From: Candidatus Omnitrophota bacterium
GTDB taxonomy: Bacteria > Omnitrophota > Gorgyraeia > Duberdicusellales > 4484-171
NCBI GenBank assembly: GCA_014729775.1
Contig: WJJJ01000026.1
Location: 16,948-80,947 of the forward strand
Length of the DNA stretch: 64,000 nt
Direction of reading: 5' to 3'
Positions 42,643 through 52,383 of the stretch are shown one piece after another; within the stretch, counting starts at the first letter, position 1, and each line of letters begins with the position of its first letter. A program made the position numbers and the translations under genes. The notes below the pieces were generated by a model. That model was not told where the DNA came from and did not search any database. It was given only the letters and a program-made list of their open reading frames with translations.

Positions 42643-43857
42643 TCACACGTGCTCCGCTGCCGCGTCCGGGGACATCGCACTGCGTTCCCCGTCCGCCCGC
42701 GATTCCACTTCAATCTCTTTCCGGTCGGCGAACGTCCGGCCCATCACGAGGATCCGGGGGATCCCCAGCAGCTGCGCGTCACGGAATTTCACGCCCGCGC
42801 TTTCATTCCTGTCATCAATCAAAACGCTTCCCCCCCCGGTCTCAATACGTTCCGCCAGACGGCGGGCCTGGGGGATGAACTCCTGATTCAATACGACGAT
42901 CACCGCCCGATACGGACTCACCCGCGCCGGCCATATAATTCCCTTTTCATCGTGATTCGTTTCAATAATAGCCGAGAGCAGGCGGCTCACTCCGATCCCG
43001 TAACATCCCATTACCAAGGGGTTCCGTTTCCCGTGCTGATCGAGAAACGTCGCCTGCAGCGGTACGGAATACTTTGTGCCTAATTTAAACACGTGCCCGA
43101 TCTCGATCATCCGCGACTCACTCAGCGCCTGGCCGCAGTGTTCGCACTGTCCCGCTTCCCGGGCGTAAAGACCGCACCCGGCGCAGGCATACAGCATATC
43201 TTCGCCGATTTCCGCCGGGACCATGAATTCATGGGACACGTTGCCGCCCATAGCTCCCGGATCGGCTTCGCTCACCACGTATTCCAATCCGCATTCGGTA
43301 AAAATTTTCTGATAGGCGTCCAGCATCTTCTCGTAACTGGCGTTCAACCCGCTTTCGTCCGCGTCAAAACTGTAGGCGTCCTTCATCATGAATTCGCAGC
43401 CGCGGACCAGGCCGAACCGGGGCCTCATCTCGTCCCGGTATTTCGTCTGTATCTGATACAGCGTGACCGGAAGCTGTTTATAGGAAGAAATATATTTGGA
43501 CGCGATTTCGGTGATCAATTCCTCGTGCGTGGGCCCCAGACACAGTTTTCGGCCCTTGCGGTCCTGCACATGGAGCATCACTTCCTCCAGGTCTTTATCC
43601 CGCCCGGTCTTCTGCCACAGTTCCAGCGGCTGCAGCGCGGGCATAAATAATTCCTGCGCACCCGTTTGCTCCATCCTCCCGCGCACGATTTCTTCGATGT
43701 TCCGAAGAACTTTATACCCCAGCGGTAAATAGGTATAAATCCCTGCCGATACCATGTGCAGCAGGCCGGCGCGCAGAGAAAGCGCATGGCTTACGGCCTC
43801 GGCTCCCTTCGGAGTCTCCTTAGTCGTTGGGATGAATGTCTGGGAACGCAATTCCAT
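42643..43857 (-). CDS. proS: proline--tRNA ligase (short bacterial-type form lacking the INS editing domain)
   Basis: Class II motifs; 404 aa; C-terminal anticodon-binding domain. Confidence 0.85.
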   Translation of the reverse strand: MELRSQTFIPTTKETPKGAEAVSHALSLRAGLLHMVSAGIYTYLPLGYKVLRNIEEIVRGRMEQTGAQELFMPALQPLELWQKTGRDKDLEEVMLHVQDRKGRKLCLGPTHEELITEIASKYISSYKQLPVTLYQIQTKYRDEMRPRFGLVRGCEFMMKDAYSFDADESGLNASYEKMLDAYQKIFTECGLEYVVSEADPGAMGGNVSHEFMVPAEIGEDMLYACAGCGLYAREAGQCEHCGQALSESRMIEIGHVFKLGTKYSVPLQATFLDQHGKRNPLVMGCYGIGVSRLLSAIIETNHDEKGIIWPARVSPYRAVIVVLNQEFIPQARRLAERIETGGGSVLIDDRNESAGVKFRDAQLLGIPRILVMGRTFADRKEIEVESRADGERSAMSPDAAAEHV

Positions 43858-43868
43858 ACTGTCCGTTC

Positions 43869-45119
43869 TTATTTTTGCTCGAATATCTCTTTGGAAAGCT
43901 CCACGCCTTTTTTCCGGAATAAAGGGAAAAATGACGGAGCGTTTTTCGCCGCGAACGCGCCGCGGACCTTTCCTTCTTCATCCACGTCTTCGACGTGATA
44001 CCGAAAAATATCCCTGAGCACGATGTCTTCGCCTTCGATCCGCTCCACCTCGGTCATATAGGTAATTTTTCTTGTCCCGTCGGTAAGCTGGTCATGCTGG
44101 ACGATCAAATCAACCCCGGAAGCGATCTGTTTCCGGATCGCCCAGACGGGAAGATACAGCCCCGCGTAGAGAGCCGTCGTTTCCAAACGGGTAAGGGCGT
44201 CGAACGGCGTGGCCGCGTGAATGACCGCCAGACAGCCGCGGTGCCCGCTGTTGAGCGCCTGCAGATAATCCATCGCCTCCGGACCGCGTATCTCACCCAG
44301 AATGATCCGCGTGGGACGCATCCTCAGTGTATTGATAAACAGATCCCGGATGGTCACCTCACCTTTCCCCTCGATATTCGGCGGTCGGGTGAGAATGCGG
44401 ACTACGTGATCCTGCCTCAGGGTCAGTTCCAGGGTGTCTTCGATCACGATGATCCGCTCCAGCGGACTCAGATACGAGGATAATACCTCCAACGTGGTCG
44501 TTTTCCCCGAACCGGTCGCTCCGGAAAACAAAATATTCACCTTTGCCTTAATGCAGGCTACGAGAAAGTCCGCCATCCGCTGATCAATAGTGCCGAGCTC
44601 AACGAGGTCCTCAACCGCGTTAATGCTCCGCAGGAATTTACGGATGGTCACCGTCGTCCCGCCGACCGACAGCGGCGGGATGATGACGTTTACGCGGGAT
44701 CCGTCCTGGAGCGAAAAATCCACATACGGGTACGACTCATCCACCCGTTTTCCGGTCGGAAGCAGCATTTTATCGATGGTATGACGCAAATGCGTTTCAT
44801 CGTCGAACTGCAGATCGGTCGGCACTTTTCTCCCGTCTTTTTCCATGTACACCTGGTACGGCCCGTTGATCATGATCTCGGTCACCTGGGGGTCCTGCAT
44901 CAGCGGTTCCAGCGGTCCAAACCCGATAAATTCGTCGATCAGTTCCCTGATCACCTGTTCCTGCACATCCCGCGCGATCACGCGGTCCTTTTCTTTTTCC
45001 CAGTAGTTGAATATTTTCGCCACCCGTTCCCTGACGATCTCCCCGGTAAGTTTCTGGTTCATTCCGAGGGAAAAACTCAACTCTTTCCGCAGTTCTTTTT
45101 TAATTTCGCGAACTTCCAT
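43869..45119 (-). CDS. CpaF/TadA-family type II/IV secretion ATPase (orphan)
   Basis: Walker [11 protein letters not shown], Asp box IVIEDTLEL, Walker [10 protein letters not shown], His box VIHAATP; 416 aa. Confidence 0.75.
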   Translation of the reverse strand: MEVREIKKELRKELSFSLGMNQKLTGEIVRERVAKIFNYWEKEKDRVIARDVQEQVIRELIDEFIGFGPLEPLMQDPQVTEIMINGPYQVYMEKDGRKVPTDLQFDDETHLRHTIDKMLLPTGKRVDESYPYVDFSLQDGSRVNVIIPPLSVGGTTVTIRKFLRSINAVEDLVELGTIDQRMADFLVACIKAKVNILFSGATGSGKTTTLEVLSSYLSPLERIIVIEDTLELTLRQDHVVRILTRPPNIEGKGEVTIRDLFINTLRMRPTRIILGEIRGPEAMDYLQALNSGHRGCLAVIHAATPFDALTRLETTALYAGLYLPVWAIRKQIASGVDLIVQHDQLTDGTRKITYMTEVERIEGEDIVLRDIFRYHVEDVDEEGKVRGAFAAKNAPSFFPLFRKKGVELSKEIFEQK

Positions 45120-45120
45120 T

Positions 45121-46167
45121 TTACAAAACCCCCATTTTCGATAATATGTCCCGCGCGTGGGCAGTCTCCGGTATCGTCCCGATAATTTTATTTTTGCGGA
45201 AAATCACTCCCCGCCCTTTTCCGAACGCTACCCCCACTTCGGCCTGCGCCGCTTCGCCCGGGCCGTTCACCTCACACCCCATAAGCGCGATCTTTTTCGG
45301 GAAAGATACTCCCTGGGATTGAAGCCGGTTCACCTCGTTGCGGAACCGATCCACGATACGCACAAGATTCACTTGACACCGGGAACAGGTGGGGCACGAA
45401 ATAATTTCCGGGTAAAAATGTCTCCGGCCCAGACTTTGGAGAATGGATTTTGCAACCCGTATTTCCCAGAAAGACGGTCCGGTAAGCGATACCCGGATCA
45501 CTTCGCCGATCCCCTCGGCCAACAGCATTCCGATTCCCAGAGACGACTTCACTACCCCTTCCAGAAAAGGACCGCTCGCGGTCACTCCCAAATGAAGCGG
45601 ATACTGAAACGTATCCCGGAATAACCGGTTCGCCTTGACTGTCGCCGGAACCGTGGAGGCCTTTAAAGACACCATAATATCAAAAAAATGCTCTTTTTCC
45701 AATAGCTTTATGTACCGGGAGACCGCGGCCACCATCTGCCGCGCCAGGCGTCCTTCTCCGCCCGTTCCCTGGCGAAACCCTCCGGAATTCACCCCGACCC
45801 GGATCGAAACGCCGTTCTGTTTCGCGGCACGGGCAACCTCACGCACCTGCGCGGCGCCGGTAATATTAAGCGGATTCAGCCTGATGCCGTCGAATCCCTG
45901 CTCAATCGCCTGCAGCGCCAGCCTATGCTGAAAATGAATGTCGGCAACGAGCGGGACCCGCACCCTTTTTTTGATATACCCGGCGATCGCACTGTCTTTT
46001 TTGTGCTTTACCGCGATCCGGATCGCTTCAGCCCCTTCGCGTTCGAGACGCTTCGCTTCCCGGCGCAAGGCCGGCCAGTCATCCATCCGCCCTTTGAGCA
46101 TCCCTTTGATCCGGACCGGATTCTTTCCGCCGACCTTCAACGGTCCGATCGATACGGTCCTGCTCAT
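45121..46167 (-). CDS. ispG: 4-hydroxy-3-methylbut-2-en-1-yl diphosphate synthase IspG (GcpE)
   Basis: TIM-barrel N-domain and 4Fe-4S domain with ISCPTCSRC...GC cysteines; 348 aa. Confidence 0.9.
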   Translation of the reverse strand: MSRTVSIGPLKVGGKNPVRIKGMLKGRMDDWPALRREAKRLEREGAEAIRIAVKHKKDSAIAGYIKKRVRVPLVADIHFQHRLALQAIEQGFDGIRLNPLNITGAAQVREVARAAKQNGVSIRVGVNSGGFRQGTGGEGRLARQMVAAVSRYIKLLEKEHFFDIMVSLKASTVPATVKANRLFRDTFQYPLHLGVTASGPFLEGVVKSSLGIGMLLAEGIGEVIRVSLTGPSFWEIRVAKSILQSLGRRHFYPEIISCPTCSRCQVNLVRIVDRFRNEVNRLQSQGVSFPKKIALMGCEVNGPGEAAQAEVGVAFGKGRGVIFRKNKIIGTIPETAHARDILSKMGVL

Positions 46168-47303
46168 TGTCCTGCCTCCGGGATTTCGTTCCGGAGAGAC
46201 GGGAGGACCCGTTGTTTGAGCGTCATTATTTTATCCCAGTATTTGGGACCGTACTTCACGATATCGTTATAGGACACCGTGAGCACCAGCAGCAGGATCA
46301 GCCCGATGCCGATTTTCATCAATATGCCTTCAGCCCGTTCGCTCAGCGGTTTTCGCCTGATCCGTTCCAAACCGAATACCGCCAGATGCCCTCCGTCAAG
46401 AACCGGAACCGGAAGCAGGTTAATGATCGCGAGGCTGATATTGAGCGCCGCGGCGAAATTCAACACCTGGACGACCCCCATCTTGGTAAATTGAGCCGTG
46501 TAATACACAATTGCCAACGGTCCGCCGGCTCCTTCCCGGAACGATATCGAACCGGTCAGGATGTACCAGAAACTCCTCGCAACCCGGGCCGTCAGTTTTA
46601 TCCACAGTTCTCCTCCCTTAAGCAGAGCGCCGGGGAATCCATACCGCACGGTTTCAGTGTTGACCTGCGGGGCAATTCCCATTATCGAAACCTCTTCCAG
46701 TTTCCGTCCGTACTCATCCCGGAGGACTTTCGTTTTCAACGGCACCGTGGAAGTAAAGGTATTTTCGCCGCGCTGATAGCTCACCGTGACTCTCTGCTGA
46801 GCCGCGTGGATGAGCTCAGCCATATGCTCCCAGTCATCCACTTCCGTCTCGTCTACCGCGAGGATACGATCCCCTTCCCGCAGTCCCGCTTCCGCGGCGG
46901 GATACCCTTCTTCCAGAGACCCGATGACCGGTTCCGATGACACGTCCGCTTTAGGATATCCGATAAACGCGATCAGGCAGAACAGGACTCCCGCCAGCAG
47001 GTAATTGCCTATCGGCCCGGCCGCCACTATGCGCGATTTGATCCCCGGAGATTTGGACAGGAATTCTTCGGGAGTACCCCGCGCCTCATCCTTGTTGTCG
47101 CCGGCCAGCTTCACGTACCCTCCCAGCGGAACCGCGCATACCAAAAACAGCGTATCTCCTTTTTTGAATTGAAAAAGCGGAGGGCCAAAACCGATCGAAA
47201 ATTTCTCCACTTTCACGCCCGAAAACCGTGCGACAATAAAATGGCTGTATTCATGCACCATCACCAACACGCTGAATATAAGAATCGCGACCAATAACGT
47301 CAT
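46164..47303 (-). CDS. rseP: RIP zinc metalloprotease RseP (site-2 protease)
   Basis: HEYSHF HExxH motif, PDZ domain, LDGGH motif. Confidence 0.85.
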   Translation of the reverse strand: MTLLVAILIFSVLVMVHEYSHFIVARFSGVKVEKFSIGFGPPLFQFKKGDTLFLVCAVPLGGYVKLAGDNKDEARGTPEEFLSKSPGIKSRIVAAGPIGNYLLAGVLFCLIAFIGYPKADVSSEPVIGSLEEGYPAAEAGLREGDRILAVDETEVDDWEHMAELIHAAQQRVTVSYQRGENTFTSTVPLKTKVLRDEYGRKLEEVSIMGIAPQVNTETVRYGFPGALLKGGELWIKLTARVARSFWYILTGSISFREGAGGPLAIVYYTAQFTKMGVVQVLNFAAALNISLAIINLLPVPVLDGGHLAVFGLERIRRKPLSERAEGILMKIGIGLILLLVLTVSYNDIVKYGPKYWDKIMTLKQRVLPSLRNEIPEAGQ

Positions 47304-48439
47304 CCGGCTATCCTCTCTTTCATTTTAACCCGCGCCCATCGATCCCAGAAGAAAACATCGTCGATCTTCTTCACGGGACGGGAAGGATACACGCCGCGCA
47401 TCCACTTCATAAGCGCGCTGATCCGGTGAAACTTTATTTTCTCCCGCAGGAACGCGTCCACGAGCACTTCGTCGCAGGCGTTGAGTACCACCGTCCCGTT
47501 GTCGGCCCGCCGGGCCGTTTCGGTCACCAGATCGAACAAGGGAAACCTCCGGGCGGGAAGCGGCTCAAACGTCAGTTTCCGCGCGCAAAAATCCGCTTCC
47601 GGAAGATCCCGTCTCCGTTCCGGATAAAAAAAAGCCGCGGCGATGGGCAATCTCATGTCCGGCGGGTACATACAGGCAAATATCATCCGGTCCGGAGATC
47701 TCACCAGTGCGTGCGCGATCGACTCCCGGTGCAGCAGCACTTCGATCCGGTCATAGGGCATATCGAAAAAAAAGTGCGTTTCAATCACTTCAAACGCTTT
47801 ATTTACCAGCGTCGCGCTGTCGACGGTAATTCTTTTCCCCATTTTCCACGTCGGATGACGCAGCACGTCCCGGGGAGAAACATTTTTTAATTGGGATCTG
47901 CGGTAATCCAGCAGTGCTCCTCCGGAAGCGGTCAGATACACCTTATCGATCGGCGTATCGCGCATCTGCCACAGTTGGAAGAACGCGTTGATCTCACTGT
48001 CCACCGGCAGGATCCGCACGCCGTACTTGCGCGCCCTGCGGAATAAAATGTGTCCCGCGCAGACGACGGATTCTTTATTGGCCAGCGCGACCGTCTTCGC
48101 ATAGGGAATATGCTCCCATAAAGGTCTCAGCGCGTCGATACCGGAAATCGCCATCAGCGTAAGGTCGGCGTTCCTCCGGCTGAATTCGCGCAGGCCCGCC
48201 CGCCCGAAATAATACCGGATACGCCGGCCTCGCAGTTTCTTTCTCAATTCTTTTTCCCGTTGGGAATCCACCAGACACACCGCGCGGGGACAAAACTCCC
48301 GCGCCTGCGCGGCTAAGGTATCGGAGTCCCCGTAAGCGCATAACCCGTCAACCCGAAAACGCTTCGGATGCGCCCGGACGATATCCAGCGCGCTCGTCCC
48401 CACGGAACCGGTAGAACCGAATACAGCTACTCTTTTCAT
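47300..48439 (-). CDS. dxr: 1-deoxy-D-xylulose 5-phosphate reductoisomerase
   Basis: GSTGSVG NADPH motif, LANKES, 379 aa. Confidence 0.9.
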   Translation of the reverse strand: MKRVAVFGSTGSVGTSALDIVRAHPKRFRVDGLCAYGDSDTLAAQAREFCPRAVCLVDSQREKELRKKLRGRRIRYYFGRAGLREFSRRNADLTLMAISGIDALRPLWEHIPYAKTVALANKESVVCAGHILFRRARKYGVRILPVDSEINAFFQLWQMRDTPIDKVYLTASGGALLDYRRSQLKNVSPRDVLRHPTWKMGKRITVDSATLVNKAFEVIETHFFFDMPYDRIEVLLHRESIAHALVRSPDRMIFACMYPPDMRLPIAAAFFYPERRRDLPEADFCARKLTFEPLPARRFPLFDLVTETARRADNGTVVLNACDEVLVDAFLREKIKFHRISALMKWMRGVYPSRPVKKIDDVFFWDRWARVKMKERIAG

Positions 48440-48444
48440 AACGA

Positions 48445-49236
48445 TTACTGGATCATCGTGACATACAGGTAGAACGTCGGCGCGGTAAAAATGATACTGT
48501 CGACCACGTCCAGCGCCCCGCCCATTCCCGGCACGATCTTACCCGAGTCCTTCACCTGACAGTCGCGCTTCAGCAAAGATTCGAACAGATCGCCCAGCTG
48601 GGAAATTACCGCGAGAATGATGATAAGAAAAAACTTCTCCCAAAACCCGATCGAGGTAATGAGCAGAGAAAAGAGAGTCCCCGCCGCGATACTGGTAAAG
48701 AACCCGCCGATGGAACCTTCCAGAGATTTCTGAGGACTCACGCGTTTGAGAAGCGGGGCTTTTCCGTATTTCTTTCCCCAGAGATACGCGCCCACGTCCG
48801 ATGATTTCGTCACCAGAATCAGAAACCCGCAGAGCAGTGCGCCTTCGGGCAAAAGCCTGATCCGCACCAGGAAGCTCAGACACCAGGAAATATAAAGAAT
48901 CGCGAACACCGTAGCCGAAATGGAAAGAATCGGCTGATGCGTTTCTCTTTTGGTGAGTTCCAGCAGGAAAAACAGAAACAGGGCCACCACGACCGAAATA
49001 AACTGTATCCCTTCCAGGACCGGGAAGCGGAAATGAATCGTTACCGGGATCAATATACCGGCGCACAGCGCCACGGCTTTAAATAACCGCACCCCTTTCT
49101 TTTCCACCATGTAGAAAAATTCATAGAGACTCACCGCGATCGCGACGGCGACCAAAAACGTCCACAACGGCGCATACAGGATCGCCGCGATCACCGACAC
49201 ACCGAGTACAATCGAAGTAATCACTCTTTTTCTCAT
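48445..49236 (-). CDS. cdsA: phosphatidate cytidylyltransferase
   Basis: Polytopic membrane protein with C-terminal CTP-transferase signature (SxxKRxxxxKDxGxxxPGHGGxxD-like). Confidence 0.85.
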   Translation of the reverse strand: MRKRVITSIVLGVSVIAAILYAPLWTFLVAVAIAVSLYEFFYMVEKKGVRLFKAVALCAGILIPVTIHFRFPVLEGIQFISVVVALFLFFLLELTKRETHQPILSISATVFAILYISWCLSFLVRIRLLPEGALLCGFLILVTKSSDVGAYLWGKKYGKAPLLKRVSPQKSLEGSIGGFFTSIAAGTLFSLLITSIGFWEKFFLIIILAVISQLGDLFESLLKRDCQVKDSGKIVPGMGGALDVVDSIIFTAPTFYLYVTMIQ

Positions 49237-49949
49237 ACTTCCCCGTACCGTCTTTCCCTGCGCCGGTATGATTCAACCGCGCGCGCTAACTGCTCCCTGT
49301 CAAAATCCGGCCATAGAATGTCGGAAAAGTAAAATTCGGTGTAGGCGCAGTACCACAGTAAAAAATTGCTGATCCGCTGTTCGCCGGAAGTCCGGATTAA
49401 AAGATCGGGATCCCGCACGTCGCCCATGGCGAGCCGTGCACGGAACGCCTCCGCGTCGATATCTTCCTCGCGCAGGGTGCGGGCCGACACCTCGCCCGCG
49501 ACCCTTCGGGCCGCCTGTACGATATCCCACCTTCCGCCGTAATCAAGGGCAACCTGGAACAAAAAGCTGCAATTTCCCGCGGTCAGCTGTTCCACTTCTT
49601 CGATTTTTCTGACCGTGGATTTTTTAAGCCGGTCGCGCCGGCCGAGAATCCTCAACCGGATATCATTCTTCTGGAGATCTTCCTTGTACCCTTCGAGGAA
49701 CCTGTCCAAATAGGAAAAAAGCACCTTGAGCTCCTCCTGAGGCCGGTTCCAGTTTTCGGTGGAAAAAGCGAAAATGGTGAGTACCCGGACGCCGAGCTCC
49801 TTGGCGCTGCGCACGATCTCCTTGACCCGCTTAACCCCCTCCCTATGTCCGGCCGTCCGCGGCAGGCCCCGGTTCAGCGCCCAACGCCCGTTCCCGTCGA
49901 GTATGATCGCGATATGGGCCGGTATTTCTTTTTTTTCTTTCTCTTTCAT
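49233..49949 (-). CDS. uppS: ditrans,polycis-undecaprenyl-diphosphate synthase (isoprenyl transferase)
   Basis: HIAIILDGNGRWA, FSTENWNRP, LLIRTSGEQRISNFLLW motifs. Confidence 0.9.
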   Translation of the reverse strand: MKEKEKKEIPAHIAIILDGNGRWALNRGLPRTAGHREGVKRVKEIVRSAKELGVRVLTIFAFSTENWNRPQEELKVLFSYLDRFLEGYKEDLQKNDIRLRILGRRDRLKKSTVRKIEEVEQLTAGNCSFLFQVALDYGGRWDIVQAARRVAGEVSARTLREEDIDAEAFRARLAMGDVRDPDLLIRTSGEQRISNFLLWYCAYTEFYFSDILWPDFDREQLARAVESYRRRERRYGEV

Positions 49950-49950
49950 T

Positions 49951-49984
49951 TTTTTCGAAGAAAAAAAGGGGGCGTCGAGCCCCC
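49951..49984 (-). terminator. Rho-independent terminator between the coiled-coil/OmpA operon and uppS
   Basis: On the minus strand: GGGGGC-tcgac-GCCCCC hairpin (49968-49984) followed by UUUUUUUCUUCGAAAAA (49951-49967). Confidence 0.6.
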
Positions 49985-50024
49985 TTAGTCGTGATCATCC
50001 CTGCAGCATTTACGCTGGTTGCGT

Positions 50025-50348
50025 CTATTGCGGTATGCCGTCGGCCTGTTCGTCGGCGACGAGTTCCTCTTTAAGATTTTCTTCCAGTTTCTCTTTGAGT
50101 TTTTCTATCTTGACGATCTCCGCTTCCAGCTCCGTGACTTCCGCTTCAAGCGAATCCACCGTCGACTGCAGTTCTTCATTTTCCTTTTGCAACGCATCAA
50201 TGTTTTTATTCAGTTCTATGCTGCGGGAAACCTGCTGTTGGTAACGTTCGTCGGTTTTCTTCATTTTGACCAGCACCGATACGCCGCCGATCACCAAAAT
50301 CACTATCAGACCGCTCAATAAACTCACGATCACCGGTTTCTCTTTCAT
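50025..50348 (-). CDS. membrane-anchored coiled-coil protein (FtsB/DivIC-like possible)
   Basis: N-terminal TM then a heptad-repeat Glu/Leu-rich coiled coil; 107 aa. Confidence 0.4.
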   Translation of the reverse strand: MKEKPVIVSLLSGLIVILVIGGVSVLVKMKKTDERYQQQVSRSIELNKNIDALQKENEELQSTVDSLEAEVTELEAEIVKIEKLKEKLEENLKEELVADEQADGIPQ

Positions 50349-50992
50349 TTCAGTTCCTCCTGTTCATATTCGGCGGGTTGTCGCGGCTGAAGCAGCTCTT
50401 CTTCCGCCTTTTTTACCGTTTTAGGAAGGATGACGATTTCGACTCTTCGATTCAGCTGACGGCCCTCGTCAGTGTCATTGGATGCCACCGGCTGAAACTC
50501 TCCGTATCCGATCGCGGACATCCGGTTAGGAGAAATCCCCTGCTCTTCAAGATAATGGAGCACGCTTAACGCCCGGTGGGCGGAAAGCTCCCAGTTGGAC
50601 TTCCATCCTGAATATTTGATGGGCTGATTATCGGTATGCCCTTCGATCCCGATATTGTTCTGGGGCACTTCTTCGCGTAAAATCCTCACGACTTTATCGA
50701 GAATGGGCAGACTCTGCGGCCGAAGTTGCGCCTTCCCGGAATCAAACAGCACTTCAGCCACGAACGTGATCACCAGTCCTTTTTCCGCCATCTCCAGGCG
50801 GACCTGCTTATCCTCGATCTCCTGGGAAAGCCGCTCTTCAAGCAGCTGCCGCGTCCCCTTCAACTGGTCAAGTTCGCTTTTCAGATATTCTATCTTTTCA
50901 ATGTCCGATCTCCTGCCGCGCTGCAGCACCAGCGCACACCCCTGCACGCACACGAATAAGACCACGAGAATACCGGCAATAATTCGCCTCAT
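50345..50992 (-). CDS. OmpA-family peptidoglycan-binding protein (OmpA/MotB C-terminal domain)
   Basis: Signal peptide, coiled-coil linker, OmpA_C motif GHTDN...N..LS..RA..V...L. Confidence 0.75.
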   Translation of the reverse strand: MRRIIAGILVVLFVCVQGCALVLQRGRRSDIEKIEYLKSELDQLKGTRQLLEERLSQEIEDKQVRLEMAEKGLVITFVAEVLFDSGKAQLRPQSLPILDKVVRILREEVPQNNIGIEGHTDNQPIKYSGWKSNWELSAHRALSVLHYLEEQGISPNRMSAIGYGEFQPVASNDTDEGRQLNRRVEIVILPKTVKKAEEELLQPRQPAEYEQEELK

Positions 50993-51201
50993 CTTTGCCT
51001 CCTTGTTTTACGTTCCCGCGAGCATTCCTTGGCGGCGGCTTCACGCGAGAGCGAGAGCATCCATATATAAATATGGTTTTTTTACCTTATCATAATATAA
51101 ATTTTTAGTCAAGAAATGATTGTTCCCTGCCGCGACTCCTGAATGGATGCCGAATGTCGGATCGTACATCCACCATCCAGGATCAAGACAACAGAGCCCG
51201 A

Positions 51202-51618
51202 TTATTCGCCGACCACTTTCACCAGCACCCGTTTCGGCCGCTGGCCGTCGAACTCACCGTAAAAGATCTGTTCCCACGGCCCGAAATCAAGCCGGCCCTT
51301 GGTCACCGCGATCACGACTTCCCGTCCCATGACCTGGCGCTTCAGATGTGCGTGGGCGTTATCCTCTCCGGTAAGATTATGCTGGTAATGCTCCAGCGCG
51401 TAGGGGGCGAGCTGTTCGAGCCACTCTTGAAAGTCCTTCTTGAGACCGGGCTCTTCGTCATTGATAAATACCGACGCGGTAATGTGCATCGCGTTCACGA
51501 GGCACAACCCTTCACGAACCCCGCTCGCCGACACGATCTTTGCCACCGTCGGGGTAATATTCACGAACTCGATCTTTTTTCTTGTTTTCAAGGTGAGATA
51601 TTCGGTCACCGAATTCAT
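51202..51618 (-). CDS. YjbQ family (UPF0047) protein
   Basis: 138 aa; conserved YjbQ core (HITASV...NDEEPGL...D...W). Confidence 0.7.
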   Translation of the reverse strand: MNSVTEYLTLKTRKKIEFVNITPTVAKIVSASGVREGLCLVNAMHITASVFINDEEPGLKKDFQEWLEQLAPYALEHYQHNLTGEDNAHAHLKRQVMGREVVIAVTKGRLDFGPWEQIFYGEFDGQRPKRVLVKVVGE

Positions 51619-51627
51619 GGTCCCTCC

Positions 51628-52383
51628 TTAATTCCGCACGTAATTCCTGAGCGTACCGATATGTTCAATTTCTACTTCCACGCGATCGCCCCGCTCCAAC
51701 GGACCGATCCCGCCCGGCGTGCCGGTCATCACCACGTCACCGGGTAAAAGCGTCATCACCCGGGAGACGAAAGAAACCAAGGAATCAACAGAAAAAATAA
51801 ACTGCCGGGTGGAGGAATCCTGGCACACTCTGCCGTTCACCCGGCAGACAATACGCGCCGGGGAGCCGGAAAAAGAAGTTTCCACCCACGGCCCCAGCGG
51901 GCAAAACGTGTCAAACGACTTCGACCTGGTCCATTGACCGTCCCTGCGCTGCAGATGGCGCGCGGTCACGTCGTTTGCGCAGGTGTACCCGAGAATATAC
52001 CGGGCGGCGTCGATCTCACGGATATTTCTGGCCCGGCGGCCGATCACGACCGCGAGTTCGGCTTCGTAATCAACCCGGGTGACGCCCGGAGGATACACGA
52101 TCCCCTCTTCCGGCCCGATCACCGCGGTGGAAGGTTTAAGAAAGATCACCGGTTCTTTCGGCACCGGCATTCCCAGTTCAGCCGCGTGATCGCGGTAATT
52201 CAATCCGGCGCACACGATTTTCGACGGACGAACCGGAAGCAGAATTTTTACCTGAGACGCCGGAACGCTCCGGCGGGAAATTCTGATCCCCCGCCAGGGC
52301 GGCGCGTCCAGCAACCTCACCCGGCGGTCCTTGAGCGCGCCCCATAAAATCTTCCCCCGATGGCGGACCCGGACGATTCTCAT
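51628..52383 (-). CDS. fumarylacetoacetate hydrolase (FAH) family protein
   Basis: KIVCAGLNY...AEL..P, E..ELAVVIG, LLPGDVVMTGTPGG signatures. Confidence 0.8.
   Translation of the reverse strand: MRIVRVRHRGKILWGALKDRRVRLLDAPPWRGIRISRRSVPASQVKILLPVRPSKIVCAGLNYRDHAAELGMPVPKEPVIFLKPSTAVIGPEEGIVYPPGVTRVDYEAELAVVIGRRARNIREIDAARYILGYTCANDVTARHLQRRDGQWTRSKSFDTFCPLGPWVETSFSGSPARIVCRVNGRVCQDSSTRQFIFSVDSLVSFVSRVMTLLPGDVVMTGTPGGIGPLERGDRVEVEIEHIGTLRNYVRN

Noticed and set aside
51061-51083. CCATATATAAATATGG hairpin followed by T7 (plus-strand terminator-like) in the yjbQ-ompA intergenic region
   Set aside because: The stem is almost entirely A/T (weak). It is oriented for the plus strand, where there are no genes. 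More likely it is part of the AT-rich promoter/UP region of the OmpA-like operon; a TTGACT -35 candidate lies at 51107-51112 on the minus strand.
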